Assembly: GCA_018608405.1 (NCBI GenBank)
Contig: JABAZP010000032.1
Coordinates: 17,956-81,955 of the forward strand
Direction of reading: 5' to 3'
Source: Flavobacteriales bacterium
Lineage (GTDB): Bacteria > Bacteroidota > Bacteroidia > Flavobacteriales_E > Vicingaceae
Length of the DNA stretch: 64,000 nucleotides
In this document: piece by piece, positions 10,401 to 18,492 of the stretch
How the letters are laid out: each line of letters begins with the position of its first letter
Numbering within the stretch: position 1 is the first letter of the stretch
Notes under the pieces: model-generated
The model's input: only the letters and a program-made list of their open reading frames with translations
Told to the model about the DNA's origin: nothing
Databases searched by the model: none
Program-made: the position numbers and the translations under genes

Positions 10401-13400
10401 ACAGGAACACTATCATAAACCCAAGTTATTGAATCTTTATTTGTGTATACTTCATTGGCTTGTAATTGCCAAGTGTACAATTCATTTTCTTCAAAAATTG
10501 GATATCTCAAACTTAAGGCAGCGGAAGGTATTACCATATTTGTGTCTATCAACTTAATACGAATGCTGTCCGAGCCATATTTAGTATCAAAATTTTCACC
10601 CAAAACATTTATTATTGGTGTCTGAAAATGGATAAAATCTAAAACCTTATTGTAATTTGCAGAATCAATTCTAACAATTTTCTGAACACCAACTGAGTCT
10701 TCAAATAATGTATCTATTTCAGTTTGTATAGGTGGCGTTAATGAAAGGTCAAGTAAGGGGTTGTCTGTAAATCCAATTCCATTGTCTGAAGTAATAGTAA
10801 AGTTTGGAATAATAAACTTCATCGGAGGTAAGCTAATTTCATATTCGCCTGTGTTTGGATCTGTAGTTACAGTTGTATCCATACAACCTCCACCTTGTTG
10901 CGAAGTAAACCTAATTGTAGCTTGCCCAATGTTGTTTGTGCCTCTGCCAAGAGCGCTAGGAAGGTTCTGTTGAATTCCTCCACCGGCTACTCTTCCAACC
11001 ACCTTAAACAAGCTGTTGTCAATAAATGATCCTAGCACTTCGTTTTGTTGGAAGTTATAGTTTCCAGAGGCAGGGAAACGACCTAGAGAAAAGGTGTGAT
11101 TTGATTTACTTGCAGTTATAACATGAGGCCCAATTGGCACTTGCAAAGAGTATTGGCCATTTGCATCTGTTTGCACCGGCACTCCATTTTGGATTACAAC
11201 CTCTCCATCAACGAGAATAAAAATGTCTTTAACAAAACAAGTAGAGTTTTCAAATTTTACCGAACCTGTAACATTAAAAGACGAATTATCGATGAAATTA
11301 ACATTGTTAAAGTTTGGGGTAGATCCACCAATAAAAAGAGTAGTGGTTGCAGGTGTAAATGTATGTGTTCCAAATGCTGGTGTTATAATAAAATTATCAC
11401 CATTGCCTAAGAACGGAATAAAGGGGATAAAATAACTACCTCTCTTATCCGTATAAGCACCTGCAGTTAGCTGACTTGTAGATGGTTTGCTAGAGCTAAA
11501 TGGAACGTTTATTAGCGCTGCGTGATTTTTATTTGGGGTAAGTAAAGTTTTGGAGTAGTCATAAGCATTGTTACCAAATCCTTCGTCAAATCTCCAGTAG
11601 CCCACCAATCCATTTTGAGAAGGGTTGATATAAACGTCAAAACTTTTTCTAATCTCGTCGTCGGTTAATGCTCTATTATAGAAACGCATTTCATCTATTT
11701 GACCTCTAAAGAAATTACCAGTTGCCGACTTTCCAATTAAAAAGTCAGAAGTGGTATTGGTTGAAAGTTGATTAGAAACATCCACAGTCAAAAGAACTCC
11801 ATTTGCATATAACCTCACTGAATCACCTGAAACAGATGCACCAACAGAGGCCCAATTGTTGGCAACAATAAATGAGGATGTGCCAGTAATTGTTTTTGTG
11901 CCTGTAGTAAATGTCAATATCGACCCATTCAAGAAAAACTCCCATCCAGTTGTTCCAGTTAATTTTGATGCGATTACTTTTTTGCCAGTTAAGTTTTCAG
12001 GCCTTATGAAACTTGTAATCGTCATTGAATCGGTTTGCAAATCTGCAGGGTTCTGAGCGTTTGCATAACTTGTAGTCCCATTAAAGTCTCCAGAAAAGCC
12101 ACTAGCTCCAGAAGCAGACTCAGCTGTTACCTTAACATCTTCGACAGCGGTTCCTCCATCGTAAGTGACTTGTCCATTTGCAGTTCCAAATGCAAGTCTA
12201 AATCCTACATCTTTTGTCGTGTTGGACAATATTGTATTTCCTGCACAATCACTAACCCCCTCAATGAGGTATTCATACAATGTGTTTGCATTTGAAGAAA
12301 CGTCTGAATAAAACCTCGAGCTCCCATTAACTGAGGCTACAAATGTTGTGTCAGGGATTAAAGGGTTTATGCGATAAATATACCAATCGTCAACCTGTCT
12401 TGTAGGGGACTTCCATTTTACTTCAATTCGATCTCCAAATTCTCCATCAGAAGCGTCTACTTTATTTTGAGTAGTATTAAAAACATTGGCAATATCAGCC
12501 GGAATATAAGCGGTTTGAGAATTTGTTGAAATTACACCAGTGGTTCTGCAAGAGTTAAAAACTTTAACAGAATAGGTCAAATTGGCGCAGATATCTGCTG
12601 TCTTATCTACGTAACTTGTTATGTTTTCTGCAACGTCAAATTCAACTTGGCCGTTGGGCCCTTGTCTAACCACTTTAAAACCCTCCTCCATTTCCGAGTT
12701 GTCTGTCCAAGTTAAAGTAACTTCTTTATTCGTAATATTTGGCGTTATTCCGGTAGTAACTGTTGCAGCCGGAACCCCCAAACCTACTCTTGACTCTATA
12801 TCAGAATAGGCGGAAAAAAGTGGATTTCCTGGTGCATTTGGACAAGTAGCCGTGGCTCTCACCCTATAGTAATATTTTGTACCAGAAACAGAATTATTGT
12901 CTCTGTATGCCCTATCTGAACCTGAAAGTTGAATGGTTGCCAATCCTGTAGTAAAGCTTGAATCAGTTGCTTTATATACCTGAAAGTTATTAGGGTTATT
13001 TGAGTTTGACCAATTCCAGTTTACATCTAATTCCCCGTTGCAATTTGCTTGATCAATAAAAACACCAGAAGGATCACCTGCAACCCCAATTTTACGACCA
13101 TTTACTTGAGCGCCTTGGGTAATGGCAGTTCTTGCACCTCCTCCCGGGTAAAGCATCTTTGTTTTAATTTTATACTCTTGTTCAACACCGGCAGGGGCGC
13201 TTGCATCAGCATATGATGTAGAATTGCCGGATATATTAGTTGCTACGTTAGTAAATACGCCGGTGGTATTAGCCGTTCTCCTTGAAACTTCATACCGTAA
13301 AACTGGCGATCCAGCACCTAGTCCTGGAGGATCCCAATTGAGAAGAACATTTGCGCAAGATTGGTCATACCCGGCATTTACTGATTGAGGATCATCTACT

Positions 13401-13798
13401 TTTGTAAAGATGGGAATAGGGATAGTAAATGGTATAAGAGTGCTAGTACATGAACTATAGCTATTACCAAATCTTCCTTCAAATGTAAGGTTTACAGGAT
13501 TCGTGAAAAATTCGCCTGGAAGATTCGTGATTGTCTGAGGACTTCCCGCAGTAGAACCTCCACTAGTATTATCAAATATGACCCGTGTAGTTGCGGAACC
13601 TATTTTATACGATAACTTTTCGTCAACACCGTAATTTTTGCATCTACTTGTCCCTGCAACGTCTGTCCAAGATATTGTCATGGAGCCATTTTGATAATCT
13701 ACGCTTACCTGAACATCTGCGGAGGTAAATTGCGCTTGGCTTTCAAAAGTTGAGCAAGCGAAAAGTAAAATCAAGAAATAGAAAACTGACTTATTCAT
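4451..13798 (-). CDS. Giant (~3115 aa) secreted multidomain adhesin-like protein: FN3-like repeats, three LamG/ConA-like domains, type A T9SS CTD
   Basis: One uninterrupted 9.4-kb ORF. The track begins at TTG 13834; ATG at 13798 gives a canonical signal peptide MNKSVFYFLILLFACSTFESQA|QFTS. The N-terminal ~550 aa have FN3-like signatures (ISWTDV, LNWDPPG, VNWNWS, LTWTDNS, VKWKSP). Three LamG-type domains lie at ~11590..12110, ~7265..7810 and ~6620..7190, ending DEMRFYNRAL, HQIRIWNRAL and DEVRIWNSARL. A CarboxypepD_reg-like segment is present (VTGSVKFENS...TDANGQYSLQVPIGPHVI). The Por_Secre_tail ends YPNPFSG...GVYTVKF...LVRIK. Confidence 0.9.
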   Translation of the reverse strand: MNKSVFYFLILLFACSTFESQAQFTSADVQVSVDYQNGSMTISWTDVAGTSRCKNYGVDEKLSYKIGSATTRVIFDNTSGGSTAGSPQTITNLPGEFFTNPVNLTFEGRFGNSYSSCTSTLIPFTIPIPIFTKVDDPQSVNAGYDQSCANVLLNWDPPGLGAGSPVLRYEVSRRTANTTGVFTNVATNISGNSTSYADASAPAGVEQEYKIKTKMLYPGGGARTAITQGAQVNGRKIGVAGDPSGVFIDQANCNGELDVNWNWSNSNNPNNFQVYKATDSSFTTGLATIQLSGSDRAYRDNNSVSGTKYYYRVRATATCPNAPGNPLFSAYSDIESRVGLGVPAATVTTGITPNITNKEVTLTWTDNSEMEEGFKVVRQGPNGQVEFDVAENITSYVDKTADICANLTYSVKVFNSCRTTGVISTNSQTAYIPADIANVFNTTQNKVDASDGEFGDRIEVKWKSPTRQVDDWYIYRINPLIPDTTFVASVNGSSRFYSDVSSNANTLYEYLIEGVSDCAGNTILSNTTKDVGFRLAFGTANGQVTYDGGTAVEDVKVTAESASGASGFSGDFNGTTSYANAQNPADLQTDSMTITSFIRPENLTGKKVIASKLTGTTGWEFFLNGSILTFTTGTKTITGTSSFIVANNWASVGASVSGDSVRLYANGVLLTVDVSNQLSTNTTSDFLIGKSATGNFFRGQIDEMRFYNRALTDDEIRKSFDVYINPSQNGLVGYWRFDEGFGNNAYDYSKTLLTPNKNHAALINVPFSSSKPSTSQLTAGAYTDKRGSYFIPFIPFLGNGDNFIITPAFGTHTFTPATTTLFIGGSTPNFNNVNFIDNSSFNVTGSVKFENSTCFVKDIFILVDGEVVIQNGVPVQTDANGQYSLQVPIGPHVITASKSNHTFSLGRFPASGNYNFQQNEVLGSFIDNSLFKVVGRVAGGGIQQNLPSALGRGTNNIGQATIRFTSQQGGGCMDTTVTTDPNTGEYEISLPPMKFIIPNFTITSDNGIGFTDNPLLDLSLTPPIQTEIDTLFEDSVGVQKIVRIDSANYNKVLDFIHFQTPIINVLGENFDTKYGSDSIRIKLIDTNMVIPSAALSLRYPIFEENELYTWQLQANEVYTNKDSITWVYDSVPVTNGKFFITNNLSSEPTAEFTIRPQDNFSGTQVYRFNAGQANTAQDATTPVYSFSKTFELRLRTPNAVVSWAPNTGDGTPSPFFRGVIFGGRALGNSFATSGPQVVTMILRDPPGSNSSSSWEKDVTSTAISTYENSGGIGVSLGTEVKLGTKFSIGLGYTTETEIEVSAKTSTTVETSITGSNELVESVSRSVALATSSDPDFVGPGADVFFGRSMNMDFGLSQVITLIDTALCGNGNSDCFGNTLLYGGKGFKIGSTKTMFTVPGGYGTEFVFTQAGIEESVIPKLLALRNQLLATNPKYISRLQPNDTDYGKSNDHPDFVGRGVGPTPDYQKNTVQDSAGVSYAYTGYRTVDTTITGIPEGGLIPITKTLRLTTGIDSVWWYNQQIKLWEDAIARNEQEKVLSNSSNLDRNISYQAGPSLTYTNSSSREETESLAINFSISEELALTFGFEIGGNGVEIETGLNMNYSHTTSNATTKSTSTTFSYTIDDSDGGDEFTVDVFDSKDGYGPIFKTRGGQTACPYQGETRTKYFRPNTILDQATIQLEQPRITASPAILFNVPAQSAGVFTVNLINDGLVDQVYDLKVLETTNPNGAKLKIDGIGPNRSFAVPAGTSISKQLEIEKGPNHIIYDSIGLVFHSQCQYSFGTANAPDIADTVYVSVQFLPSCTEVNITNPEDQFVLNNSFNDTLPLLLSGYDINYGGFEKIGIQYKPSAQASWVTVAEEWFVDTSFVDTNLSKTQTAFRFNNPNHPAPFLIPRNQSYITYDFDMIQLIDQPYQLRAIATCKIPGNPDKDEFSTVIGGIADRVNPQPFGTPSPADGVLDPNDDISIQFNEPVEAGSLTIENFQLSGVVNGQEVRHDKTVSFDGATGYLQVANGFDFASGSFTIEFWAKRDVLGTSQVIVSQGNTSNNLFAVGFNTSNNVEVTVGNQTYASTFAVLDDSTWHHYSIVYDKPNLNLDIFDRSSSTTLSSTNNNFFSSFTSGGKTYFGKNSQTNSEFFNGSAHQIRIWNRALSSSIISSRLNINLTGREPGLVGYWPMEEGRGTLAEDKARARNAEVNAQWEISPKSSSATFDGTDDFALLDSAGTVAVSFEMDLTIEFWFKTAGGSAMSMLSNGGGRFTPNGSNRNGWNIEIAADNTIHVKNDSTDFTAVSANFADNKWHHFALVVNRAANATAYIDGIQQNTLSADNFYGFGAPRLAIGARYSINGAIETYDQYYNGSIDEVRIWNSARLKDNIDLDMFNRLKGDEFGLLVYYPFENYKLELGAPTLTPNFKDGSLSLLDLVPQNGAFVTSAQSPAIALQRPVKNINFTWIVNNDKIVINTNEDPSNIENVTLNISVRNIKDLHGNKMQSPKTWIAYINKNQVKWQDDEKTLSKEFNDTLTFSTRVINSGGQVKNYSISNIPAWLTVTPSSGTIAPQSTEVIKFTVNPALNIGNYVEDLLLTTDFGYPEKLNVNLKVRKAAPNFVFDPSLYAKSMNVIGQISINGNISVNDEDILVAYINNEIRGKTNLQYVPSLDKYIGFLDVYSNNADSIKFKVWNASEGELHENVTPDLYFVENSLIGSILSPQIFDAVNNLSKPIVLNAGWNWVSFPLTDVKMSSLYYFFQGMNFNSGDVVKTIGTNSVSQYGGPTLGWSGSLTRNGLNNDQSYLIYISATDTLEYKGLAIDPDTVPITVSQGWNRIGFVSTKNIEINSALANYNATDGDLIKSQQAFAVYLSTLGWIGSLTTLEPTEGYLLQAANSATFVYPRRGLLRIKEEPVQEKLDETLPTLYSLNPNQFEASTNAIVKINTCEEVLENKDWALAAFKNEELRGWVSSTRFINSDVGYQYFITVFGEGNETYSFKMINQATGEQMMVDAKLDFEKNKVQGAVNNPLRFNLFTAVDCDQFKKESIADNENYSYPNPFSGFVTIVVPNEISENGQLEIIDKNGRVVFNASVDDNRKWHLNGAELYFLSNGVYTVKFTDGDTIINEKLVRIK
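4454..4693 (-). other. Type A T9SS C-terminal sorting domain (last 80 aa of the giant protein)
   Basis: YSYPNPFSGFVTIVV...LEIIDKNGRVV...GVYTVKFTDGDTIINEKLVRIK. Confidence 0.8.
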
Positions 13799-13910
13799 AA
13801 TGGTGTAAATGAGGGGATTCAAGTTTTTTAACAAAAGTTAAGAATCCAAATGTAGTTATTTTATTTTTCGCAAAAAAATGTTTTGAATTGCGCAAAATAT
13901 TCATATAATG

Positions 13911-13918
13911 TACTTTTG
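13911..13918 (+). promoter_or_regulatory. Candidate Bacteroidota -7 promoter box (TACTTTTG = TAnnTTTG) ahead of the biosynthetic locus
   Basis: Exact TAnnTTTG match ~95 nt upstream of the first locus gene. TTG triplets lie at 13883..13890 in the -33 position range. Confidence 0.35.
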
Positions 13919-14011
13919 TTTTGAGAGTTACTGCTAAAATATATAAGTTTGAACTTCCTTCACAAGGAGATAAATATATCTGCGTGTTAAGTAATTATTA
14001 AATCTACAAGA

Positions 14012-14242
14012 GTGTCGAGCGAATTAAACTTTTTAAGTTTTACATCAAAGGAGTTTCAAGTTGAAGTCGGATCATTGAGTTTGCAAACTGAGTATAGGAA
14101 TTTGCCAAACTGGAGTTCATTGAATGCGTTAATCTTTATTTCTGCTATTAATGATGAATATAATGTCTTGATATCTTCTACTGACCTATCTATGTCAAAA
14201 ACACTTGGCGATTTGTTCACTATTATTCAAAGCTCAAATTAG
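14012..14242 (+). CDS. Acyl/peptidyl carrier protein-like (phosphopantetheine-binding)
   Basis: 76-aa ORF from the track. Ser35/Ser36 in YRNLPNWSSLNALIFISAINDEY sit at the position and W-x-S-L context of carrier-protein attachment serines. The stop overlaps the GTG start of the KAS III gene. The start is uncertain: I could not reproduce the first ~10 track codons when reading the bases by eye. Confidence 0.55.
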   Translation: MSSELNFLSFTSKEFQVEVGSLSLQTEYRNLPNWSSLNALIFISAINDEYNVLISSTDLSMSKTLGDLFTIIQSSN

Positions 14243-15237
14243 TGGCATTTTCGAAAATAATTGGAACTAAAATCAGTGGGATTGCGACAGTGTTGTCTTC
14301 TAACAAAGAGGACAACCTAGAACTTCCTGCGCTGAACCTAAAGCAAAAAGAAGAATTAATAAAACACACAGGCATTAGGTTTAGGCATGTCGCTAAAGAG
14401 AAGGCGCAATCGGGCAAGGTTCTTTTTAAGTCGGGAATTGAGAAACTTTTGGAGTTATTGACATGGGATAAGAGTTCTGTAGACATATTGATAATTGTAA
14501 CCCAAACTGCACAATCGCCAATTCCATCTTTGGCCTGTCAAATTCACGGAGAAATGAATTTTCCTACCACTACTTTGGCATACGATATTAATTCAGGTTG
14601 TTCTGGTTTTGTATATGGCTTGCACACCGCAAGTCAATTATTAGCTTCTTTAGATCAAGAAGGCAAAAGAGCTATTTTGTGCTGTGGTGATGTATCAACA
14701 AGTTTAACTGAAGAAGGTGATATGGCTGTGAAGCCTATATTTTCTGACGCAGTTTCAGCTATTGGAATAGAGGGTTGTAAAAACAGGGAAAGCTTCTTTA
14801 ATTTAGAAACTTTTGGGAAAGGGCAAAATGCCATTTCTATGGTAAAAAATGAAACTGGAGACTGGATGCGAATGGACGGAGTCGATGTGTTTAATTATGC
14901 TGTTAAGTATGTACCAAATAATATTAAAAAGTTACTTGAAAAATATTCTAATGAGAGCAATACTCCCAAAATGTATGTTTTTCATCAAGCGAACCTTTTA
15001 ATTAATAATTCAATAATGAAAGCAATAGGAGCAGATAAGGGTGAGGTGCCAAATTCATTGTATGAATATGGAAATACTGCATCCGCAAGCATTCCTCTTA
15101 CGTTAAGCCTTAATTGTAAACCTGAGAACTCCAATTGGGCTGTACTCTCAGGTTTTGGAGTTGGCTTTTCAATTGCTTCGGCCTTGGTAAAAATTGATGC
15201 AGTGAAAATAGCGAAGCCTACATTTATTAATATCTAA
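14242..15237 (+). CDS. 3-oxoacyl-ACP synthase III (FabH-like KAS III)
   Basis: Cys-His-Asn triad contexts are present: DINSGCSGFVYG, VFHQANLLI, YGNTASASIPL. Length 331 aa. Coupled to the upstream ACP-like ORF. Confidence 0.85.
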   Translation: MAFSKIIGTKISGIATVLSSNKEDNLELPALNLKQKEELIKHTGIRFRHVAKEKAQSGKVLFKSGIEKLLELLTWDKSSVDILIIVTQTAQSPIPSLACQIHGEMNFPTTTLAYDINSGCSGFVYGLHTASQLLASLDQEGKRAILCCGDVSTSLTEEGDMAVKPIFSDAVSAIGIEGCKNRESFFNLETFGKGQNAISMVKNETGDWMRMDGVDVFNYAVKYVPNNIKKLLEKYSNESNTPKMYVFHQANLLINNSIMKAIGADKGEVPNSLYEYGNTASASIPLTLSLNCKPENSNWAVLSGFGVGFSIASALVKIDAVKIAKPTFINI

Positions 15238-15245
15238 TTGAGAAA

Positions 15246-16160
15246 ATGGTTGAATTAGATATAGTTATACCGCTTTATAATTCGAAGAAAATACTCCCAA
15301 AATTGGTGAGGCGCTTAAATGAATGGAAAAACTCCATCGATTTTAGTTTTAATGTAATTTTTGTTGAAGATGGAGATGTTGAAAGCAGCAAAAGTATTTT
15401 AGTAAAAGCAGCTGCAATTTTTCCTCATCGATTTGTAAGGTTGTCAAAAAATTATGGACAGCATACTGCCACTGCAATTGGGTTAAGTTATTGCACGGCT
15501 CCACTTATCGCGACAATTGATGATGACTTACAGCACGATCCATTTGAAATTGAGAAGTTAATTACTTGTTTAAATGAAACTGAATCAGATTTGGTATTTG
15601 GAACTTTTGAGAAGAAGGAACACTCGTTTTTTAGAAATTTGGGAAGCACAGTATTGCAATTGATTTTTAGCTATGAAAAAGTTGATTACTCATCTATCAC
15701 TGCTTTTCGTTTAATGCGTTCAAATGTAGCAGCCTCTTTTAAGAAGAGTAAAAAACCAATTGTATTTATTGAAGAGTACTTGCTCAGAAATGCCAGTAAG
15801 AAGTCAACGTGTATTGTGAACCATTCAAAAAGAGAAGGCGAATCCTCTAGTTATTCTTTTTGGAGTTTATTCAAATTTGCATTAAAAATAATAGTTTTTC
15901 ATTCTTCATTTTTATTGAATTTTATAATTCGATTTGGAGTTGTAACAGCCGTTACTTGTTTTTTTGTAGGGTGTTATTTTATCTATAAAAAAGTTGTTTA
16001 TGATTCTAATGAGGGGTTCTCAGCTCTAATTGTTTCTATCTTTTTTTCCACAGGAATTCTACTAATGACGTTAGGGGTGATTGGGGAATACATTCGAAGA
16101 ATTTGGATCAATCAAAATGAGTTAGACCAAATTATGATTGCAGAAGATGAGCAGCTATGA
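15246..16160 (+). CDS. GT2 polyprenyl-phosphate glycosyltransferase (GtrB/ArnC/DPM1-like)
   Basis: GT-A N-terminus (DIVIPLYNS, DDDLQHDP), two C-terminal TM helices and the family-typical LGVIGEYIRRI motif. Confidence 0.85.
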   Translation: MVELDIVIPLYNSKKILPKLVRRLNEWKNSIDFSFNVIFVEDGDVESSKSILVKAAAIFPHRFVRLSKNYGQHTATAIGLSYCTAPLIATIDDDLQHDPFEIEKLITCLNETESDLVFGTFEKKEHSFFRNLGSTVLQLIFSYEKVDYSSITAFRLMRSNVAASFKKSKKPIVFIEEYLLRNASKKSTCIVNHSKREGESSSYSFWSLFKFALKIIVFHSSFLLNFIIRFGVVTAVTCFFVGCYFIYKKVVYDSNEGFSALIVSIFFSTGILLMTLGVIGEYIRRIWINQNELDQIMIAEDEQL

Positions 16161-16678
16161 TTGAAAAATTTGGAATTTGCTTAGAACCTTTAACACTTGA
16201 GACAGCGATGCTTGTTCGAGAGTGGAGAAATTCTCCAAAGGTTAATCACTATATGGATTTTAAAGCGCAAATTACCAAAGAGCAACAAGAAAAGTGGTTT
16301 GAAACGACGTTAACATCTGCCAATGTTTATTTTACAATCCGAAAAGGCTCAACTCCAATAGGGTTAATTCATCTAGATCGGTTTGATGCCAAAAAAAAAA
16401 CGGCTTATGCAGGTCTTTTTATTGGCAACGAAGAATTTGAAGGAACAGGCATTGCTTTTAAAGCTTCAGTTGCGCTTTTGGAATATGCTTTTGAAGAGCT
16501 GAAGTTGGAAATGGTTTATGCAAAAGTGCATGAAGATAATACAGTAGCCATTGCTTATAATAAAAACCTAGGATTTGAAGATGATGGAGAAGAGTCTGGC
16601 CCCTTTCTAAGACTAAAAATTCACTCTATTGCCTTTTATACTAGGCGGACTTATTTGCTGAATTTATTAGCGTTGTAA
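16157..16678 (+). CDS. GNAT family N-acetyltransferase (PseH/RimL-like)
   Basis: LEPLTLETAMLVREWRNSPKVNHYM start typical of PseH-like GNATs. Acetyl-CoA loop EFEGTGIAFKA. ATGA overlap with the GT2 gene. Contains an A10 tract at 16391..16400. Confidence 0.75.
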   Translation: MIEKFGICLEPLTLETAMLVREWRNSPKVNHYMDFKAQITKEQQEKWFETTLTSANVYFTIRKGSTPIGLIHLDRFDAKKKTAYAGLFIGNEEFEGTGIAFKASVALLEYAFEELKLEMVYAKVHEDNTVAIAYNKNLGFEDDGEESGPFLRLKIHSIAFYTRRTYLLNLLAL

Positions 16679-17575
16679 AATCCGCCATCGAATTTCGTCG
16701 AGTTTTAATTTTGCCTTTTGCAAGCTGCTTTTTCCTTCCAAGTTTAAATAGTCTACTGTAAAAATACTCGGATTTAATATCCATTTAATTAATCGGGTAA
16801 GCTTTTTTTCGTCCTCGTATGGAAATTTGGTTATGTCAAATTTGTTTTTTATTTCCGGATGAATTTTAGTGAAGTATGTCGTCTTATTGTGAAAATAATA
16901 GTCGTCTTTTTTAAATCCTAGAACATTCATTCCAATATGAAAGCTAAGATGCTTGTCGAATATTATTTTTGGATTTTCTGCCACCGCTAATAAATTATGT
17001 AAAAGGCTAACTTCTAAAAAAGGAACCCCAATACAAATACCGTTTAAATGCAATTTTTCAAGTAAGGGTTGCTTGAATATAAAACAGTCAAAACCAGGGT
17101 GAGATTTGCCTAGTTCTGCATACATTTTTGGAAGTTGCTCAACAGCGTTATATTTATTTTCTAATCTTCGGCGGTTAATTGTAATAAAATCGTGGCCCTC
17201 TTTTATGTATTCGTGAATAGTATTATAGAAAAAGGGCATTAATGCAATGTCTACATTGGTGTAAATGATGTAATCATTGTTCTCAATTTCGTTGGTTTTC
17301 AAGAGGATATCTTTTATTAGAGGGAGCTTACGTCCGTTTAATTTGGAATTCACTTCTTTTATAGACCTTTTTAAGTTGCTTAACTTTTTGAAATAAGTAG
17401 GAACTACATCCTCATCTTCGGAGTATTGCGTGGAGCATAGAGTTAGTTCGAAATCAGAAAGGTTAGCCTGCTCTTTTGCCACCTTCATGCTTTCGAAAGT
17501 GATAAGTTGAGCCGAAAACAATTCGTTACTTTTAGCTACTTTTACTGGGTTTACAATGTGGGTAATCTTTAACAA
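16667..17575 (-). CDS. Hypothetical protein, possibly GT-A-like; the only minus-strand gene in the locus
   Basis: 302-aa ORF with no motif I can name confidently. YIIYTNVDIALMPFF...FITINRR resembles a nucleotide-sugar transferase core. Its 3' end overlaps the GNAT gene convergently by 12 bp. Confidence 0.5.
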   Translation of the reverse strand: MLKITHIVNPVKVAKSNELFSAQLITFESMKVAKEQANLSDFELTLCSTQYSEDEDVVPTYFKKLSNLKRSIKEVNSKLNGRKLPLIKDILLKTNEIENNDYIIYTNVDIALMPFFYNTIHEYIKEGHDFITINRRRLENKYNAVEQLPKMYAELGKSHPGFDCFIFKQPLLEKLHLNGICIGVPFLEVSLLHNLLAVAENPKIIFDKHLSFHIGMNVLGFKKDDYYFHNKTTYFTKIHPEIKNKFDITKFPYEDEKKLTRLIKWILNPSIFTVDYLNLEGKSSLQKAKLKLDEIRWRILQR

Positions 17576-17667
17576 TAGCGTCGATTTAAATACTTTTTTG
17601 GTAAAAGTAAATTTTATAAATCAAATTAAACAACCCCAATTTTAGGTAGCAAGAACCGATTTTAAAC

Positions 17668-18492
17668 ATGCATACTAGAAAGTCAACTATCTACACTTCT
17701 GGTCGTGATTCGTTAAAAACTGCGATCATAAAAGTATGGGAGCATAAGAATTTGATATGGGTTTTTGCAAAAAGAGACATTCAGGTAAAATATTCACAAA
17801 CGTATCTCGGAATAATATGGAGTTTTTTTAAACCGCTGTTAAGTTTATTTATTTACGTTCTTTTTTTCGGAATTGTTTTAAAGTGGCAGACAGGAGAAGT
17901 TCCTTATGCCGTTTATGTTTTGAGCGGGTTAATAGGTTGGAATTTATTTAGCTATATAGTCAATAACGGGGTGGTATCTGTACATGAATCTTCAGATATT
18001 ATAAAGAAAATTTACTTTCCAAAAAGCATTTTGCCTTTTTCTAAAATGTTAGTAGGTATTGTAGATGCATTAATAAGTTTGGTGTTACTACTCCCTCTTA
18101 TGCTCTATTATGAAGTTGGAATGACTTGGAAAATAATTTTTATGCCTCTGGTTTTATTATTTAATGCAATTTGTGGCTTGTCCATTTCATTTTTAATAGC
18201 TGCAATCTCTATAAAAAAGAGAGATATTCTGCAAGTATTGCCTTTTTTAATTCACATGGCGATTTGGTTCACACCCGTATTCCTGTCTACAGATGTTTTT
18301 CCGGAACAACTTCACTTCTTTTTTTCAATAAACCCAATAGCAAACGTTATAGAATTGTGGCGCTGGGTTTTGTTTGATGGAGTTACTTTTCAGTGGGTTT
18401 GGGTGATTAACTTTTTTACTACTGCTATTTTACTTTTAATTGGATTTTATTTTTACACCTATCGAGAAGATAAATTTGCTGATTTTATATGA
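17668..18492 (+). CDS. wzm: ABC-2 type polysaccharide export permease (Wzm/TagG/KpsM family)
   Basis: FAKRDIQVKYSQTYLGIIWSFFKPLL N-terminal signature and six hydrophobic helices. Its stop overlaps the start of the ATPase gene. Confidence 0.85.
   Translation: MHTRKSTIYTSGRDSLKTAIIKVWEHKNLIWVFAKRDIQVKYSQTYLGIIWSFFKPLLSLFIYVLFFGIVLKWQTGEVPYAVYVLSGLIGWNLFSYIVNNGVVSVHESSDIIKKIYFPKSILPFSKMLVGIVDALISLVLLLPLMLYYEVGMTWKIIFMPLVLLFNAICGLSISFLIAAISIKKRDILQVLPFLIHMAIWFTPVFLSTDVFPEQLHFFFSINPIANVIELWRWVLFDGVTFQWVWVINFFTTAILLLIGFYFYTYREDKFADFI

Noticed and set aside
6309-12809. Thirteen plus-strand ORFs of 60-95 aa from the track (for example 6309..6509, 9666..9926, 10017..10304, 11123..11410, 12035..12295) lying inside the giant minus-strand gene.
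   Set aside because: They are antisense shadow ORFs inside a 9.4-kb coding region, with low-complexity translations and no motifs. The same reasoning applies to 1651..1851 and 3490..3678 inside the cadherin gene, and to the short antisense ORFs inside other confidently called genes.
14223-14486. 87-aa minus-strand ORF spanning the ACP/KAS III junction.
   Set aside because: It overlaps two motif-supported plus-strand genes and has no recognisable features.
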